Below are positions 61,802 to 64,000 of a stretch of 64,000 nt of DNA, piece by piece. A program made the translations under genes and the position numbers. The notes under the pieces are model-generated. The model saw only the letters and a list, made by a program, of their open reading frames with translations. It made no database searches and was not told where the DNA came from. Location: positions 1,919 to 65,918 of the forward strand of contig JAZQGK010000130.1 in assembly GCA_045539975.1 (NCBI GenBank), in the 5' to 3' direction. Each line of letters starts with the position of its first letter. The first letter of the stretch is position 1. Source of the stretch: Candidatus Scatosoma sp. Its GTDB lineage: Bacteria > Bacillota > Clostridia > Christensenellales > Borkfalkiaceae.

Positions 61802-61833
61802 CAAAAAAATTGCGCCCGATTTTCTTCGAGCGC
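61802..61833 (-). terminator. Intrinsic terminator after degV
   Basis: The minus-strand RNA forms GCGCUCGA-AGAAAA-UCGGGCGC (one U-G pair) followed by AAUUUUUUU. Confidence 0.6.
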
Positions 61834-61840
61834 TTTTTTC

Positions 61841-62704
61841 TTATTTTGATTTCGCGTGAAAAATTAATCCGATTGTTCCCGGGCCGCAATGTGCGCCGAT
61901 TACGGGGCCAACCGGTTGCAACGTAACGTCCAAATCCCCGAATTTATCTTTGATAGCGTTTACAAAGTCTTTCCCCTCTTGCTCGCAATCGGCATGCAGA
62001 ACGAAAACTTTGTATTTGTCAAGCTCTTCCCCCATCGTGCTCATATACGAAAGCAAAGCCGCCAACGCCTTTTTAAAACCTTTCACCTTTTGAATATTGA
62101 CAATTTTCCCCTCATCGTTAAAATGCAAAATAGGCTTGATACCCAGCAGATTGCCCATCACTTTCGACAAGCCCGAAACCCTGCCCCCACGGTGCAGATA
62201 GGTGAGGTCGTCTACCACGAAATACACGCCTACGTGGTCGATTATCTCGTCCAAATACGCGTCCAACTCGTCCATTGTAGCGCCTTCTTTGTATTTTTGC
62301 GCCGCATAATAGCTGACAAAACCGCTGCCAAGGGAAATGGATTTGCTGTCCTTGTAACGAATTTCTCTATCGGGATATTTTTCTTTCAACTGCGCGATAA
62401 CCGTCTGCATCGCGTTGAACGTACCGCTCATCGCGTGCGAAAACGTTACGTAATAAATATCTTCCCCACGCGCAAGAATGGGTTCGAAATATTCGGTATA
62501 AGCGAACTCGTTCAAAGCCGCCGTTTTGGGCGTTGCGCCCTTGCGCATCTTATCGAAAAACGCCTTAAAATCGGTGTTTTCGCCCATGTCGTAAAAATAT
62601 TCTTCGTTGTCAATGATATACGGCATACGAATCAGGTTTAACCCCAGTTCTTTTACCGTCGTATGCCATAATTCACAGTTGGAATCGCAAAATAATTGAT
62701 ACAT
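61841..62704 (-). CDS. DegV family fatty-acid-binding protein (second copy)
   Basis: 287 aa. FCDSNCEL...PKTAALN...YVTFSHAMSGT. Confidence 0.9.
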   Translation of the reverse strand: MYQLFCDSNCELWHTTVKELGLNLIRMPYIIDNEEYFYDMGENTDFKAFFDKMRKGATPKTAALNEFAYTEYFEPILARGEDIYYVTFSHAMSGTFNAMQTVIAQLKEKYPDREIRYKDSKSISLGSGFVSYYAAQKYKEGATMDELDAYLDEIIDHVGVYFVVDDLTYLHRGGRVSGLSKVMGNLLGIKPILHFNDEGKIVNIQKVKGFKKALAALLSYMSTMGEELDKYKVFVLHADCEQEGKDFVNAIKDKFGDLDVTLQPVGPVIGAHCGPGTIGLIFHAKSK

Positions 62705-62870
62705 AGATGTTCTCCATCTTTTGTGTAAGCGCGAAAACCGCCGCGCTCTTTTTTTATCTTTTAGATTATACTCTATTTCACAGAAAAAGTCAATACTTTT
62801 TTTTGTTTTTTGTTTAAGACAATAAACAAATTCCCCCTGCCCGTAAAGAGCAAGGGGATTTTTTCGTCTA

Positions 62871-64000
62871 TTAATAAGTATCGAAGTTCAAAGTGTTGAG
62901 GATTTTACCGTCCGCCGTGCGAACTGCCAGCACGCAGACTGCCCAGAAATCTTTATTATTCCAGTTACAAGGTACAATTTCTAATGTTACTTCTTGGTCT
63001 TTGAGTGCAACCAAAAAACCATATTGTTTTGCGCTGTTACAATATACCGTAATAGTTGTACCATCCCCCTCAAGCGATAATCTTGTGTAATACTGCGATT
63101 CGACAACACTTACTTTTGCCTTTACAATGAATACCATCGTGGAATAGTCCACCGTATAGTCAAGGTTACGGAAATCCTTTACCGATAATTCGGTGAATTT
63201 CGCCGTGGAATATTCGTGTTCGCCGTAGTAATTCGCCAAAATCGTAGCGTTTACAATACAAGTTTGACCGGCAATCGTGCTTGCGTCGTCTTCTACGTAA
63301 CGTTCTCTCGTGCCTTTGATAACGATTTCATGACCGATTTCAAGGCCAACAAATTCGTCCGTGGAGTTGACGAGAACGGCAATCGTGCTGCCGTCATCCC
63401 CGAAGAGATAGAAACCGCTCTTGTTGACAACGGAAGGCCCTACGATACCTTTTACCGTTACTTCGCTATCTACCGCTGCGGTGATTGCTTCCGCTACCGT
63501 AATAGCCTGTACTTCCACCTTTTCACTGACCGTAACCGTCACTTTTTCACTGTACGTAACGTTGTTATAGGTACAGGAAACGGTTACGTTTGCCGTACCG
63601 GGTTCGCCGCAATGCATCACAGCCGCGCCCGGCGTATCGTAAGAGAAATCTACCACGTTTTGGTTGTCGGAACTGTACGTGATTTCCGCGCCGGCAAAGC
63701 CCAAAAGGTCGGAAGAAACTTGCGTCGTCAATTCCAAAGCGGGATCGCCCGTGTAGCTTGTACCGATCGAGCCGACGCCGTAATATTTTACCACAAATTC
63801 CGCCGTATCGTTGACGTCGAACTTATACCCATCGTCCTGCACCGCGATAGGAACAAAACGATAAACACAGCCAGTTGCGGTGCTCTTCGCGTTGATAACG
63901 GAGAGGTAAACGGTGCAAATCTTACCATCGAACGCATCCAACCAAGCAAAATCGCTGCCGCTGCACTGCGTATACGTATAGCTGCCCGTTTCACCGTCGA
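62871..64000 (-). CDS. Secreted/surface protein, C-terminal part (Big_2-like Ig domain plus OB-like domain); 5' end off window
   Basis: The frame stays open to position 64000; the track start at 63941 is an internal TTG. Contains an Ig-like segment ITYSSDNQNVV...GTANVTVSC...VTVTV. Confidence 0.6.
   Translation of the reverse strand, partial: DGETGSYTYTQCSGSDFAWLDAFDGKICTVYLSVINAKSTATGCVYRFVPIAVQDDGYKFDVNDTAEFVVKYYGVGSIGTSYTGDPALELTTQVSSDLLGFAGAEITYSSDNQNVVDFSYDTPGAAVMHCGEPGTANVTVSCTYNNVTYSEKVTVTVSEKVEVQAITVAEAITAAVDSEVTVKGIVGPSVVNKSGFYLFGDDGSTIAVLVNSTDEFVGLEIGHEIVIKGTRERYVEDDASTIAGQTCIVNATILANYYGEHEYSTAKFTELSVKDFRNLDYTVDYSTMVFIVKAKVSVVESQYYTRLSLEGDGTTITVYCNSAKQYGFLVALKDQEVTLEIVPCNWNNKDFWAVCVLAVRTADGKILNTLNFDTY

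Noticed and set aside
62728-62858. Two plus-strand terminator-like hairpins (62728-62756 and about 62833-62865) in the gap between the surface-protein gene and degV.
   Set aside because: Both flanking genes are on the minus strand and the U-runs are on the plus strand. Their role is unclear: weak bidirectional terminators, or antisense stops. I did not annotate them as features.
1-64000. CRISPR arrays, rRNA genes, retron/DGR-type reverse transcriptases, prophage structural genes.
   Set aside because: No regularly spaced short repeats, no rRNA-like sequence, and no RT, capsid, terminase or tail motifs were seen in any frame.

Overview
The window has two parts. (1) Positions 1 to about 29250 are the right-hand part of an integrative conjugative element (ICE) of the Firmicutes/Clostridia type. 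Every gene is on the minus strand. It encodes a MobL-like relaxase fused to Sel1 repeats, an RHH accessory protein, a candidate oriT, a Toprim protein, VirB4, VirB3/PrgI-like, VirB6-like and pilin-like proteins. It also carries four DNA-methyltransferase-like genes (Dam, Dcm, a small DPPF enzyme and an HsdM-like protein with no catalytic motif), a pentapeptide-repeat protein, AbrB/RHH regulators and many accessory ORFs of unknown function. No integrase, coupling ATPase or cell-wall hydrolase is visible, so the element continues left of position 1. Its right end coincides with a tRNA 3'-end-like fragment. (2) Positions 29.3-64 kb are ordinary chromosome. They hold tRNA-Leu(CAG), peptidase E, mscS, rpiB, a ywlE-like phosphatase, sua5, dnaB, pepF, a UPF0210/ACT pair, two DegV genes, lepB and sbcCD. 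Further along are a DnaD-domain protein, tRNA-Ser(GGA), a small islet (lone PD-(D/E)xK nuclease-like gene plus an IS200-like element), lemA, an acyltransferase, the radical-SAM/DUF4130 pair, glnN (type III), nadE, mgsA, a GATase and a partial surface protein. No CRISPR array, rRNA, reverse transcriptase or recognisable named defence system was seen. The most interesting signals are: the candidate leading-region anti-defence cassette next to oriT; the methyltransferase-like protein without motif IV; a possible ADP-ribosyltransferase at the element edge; two catalytically dead resolvase-like paralogues; an AT-hook tail on the arginine-phosphatase-like protein; an SSB-tip-like tail on DnaB; and the tRNA-Ser repeat scar with its nuclease gene. 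All calls come from reading motifs by eye in the supplied ORF track and sequence. Family names (DUF numbers especially) are from memory and need HMM confirmation.
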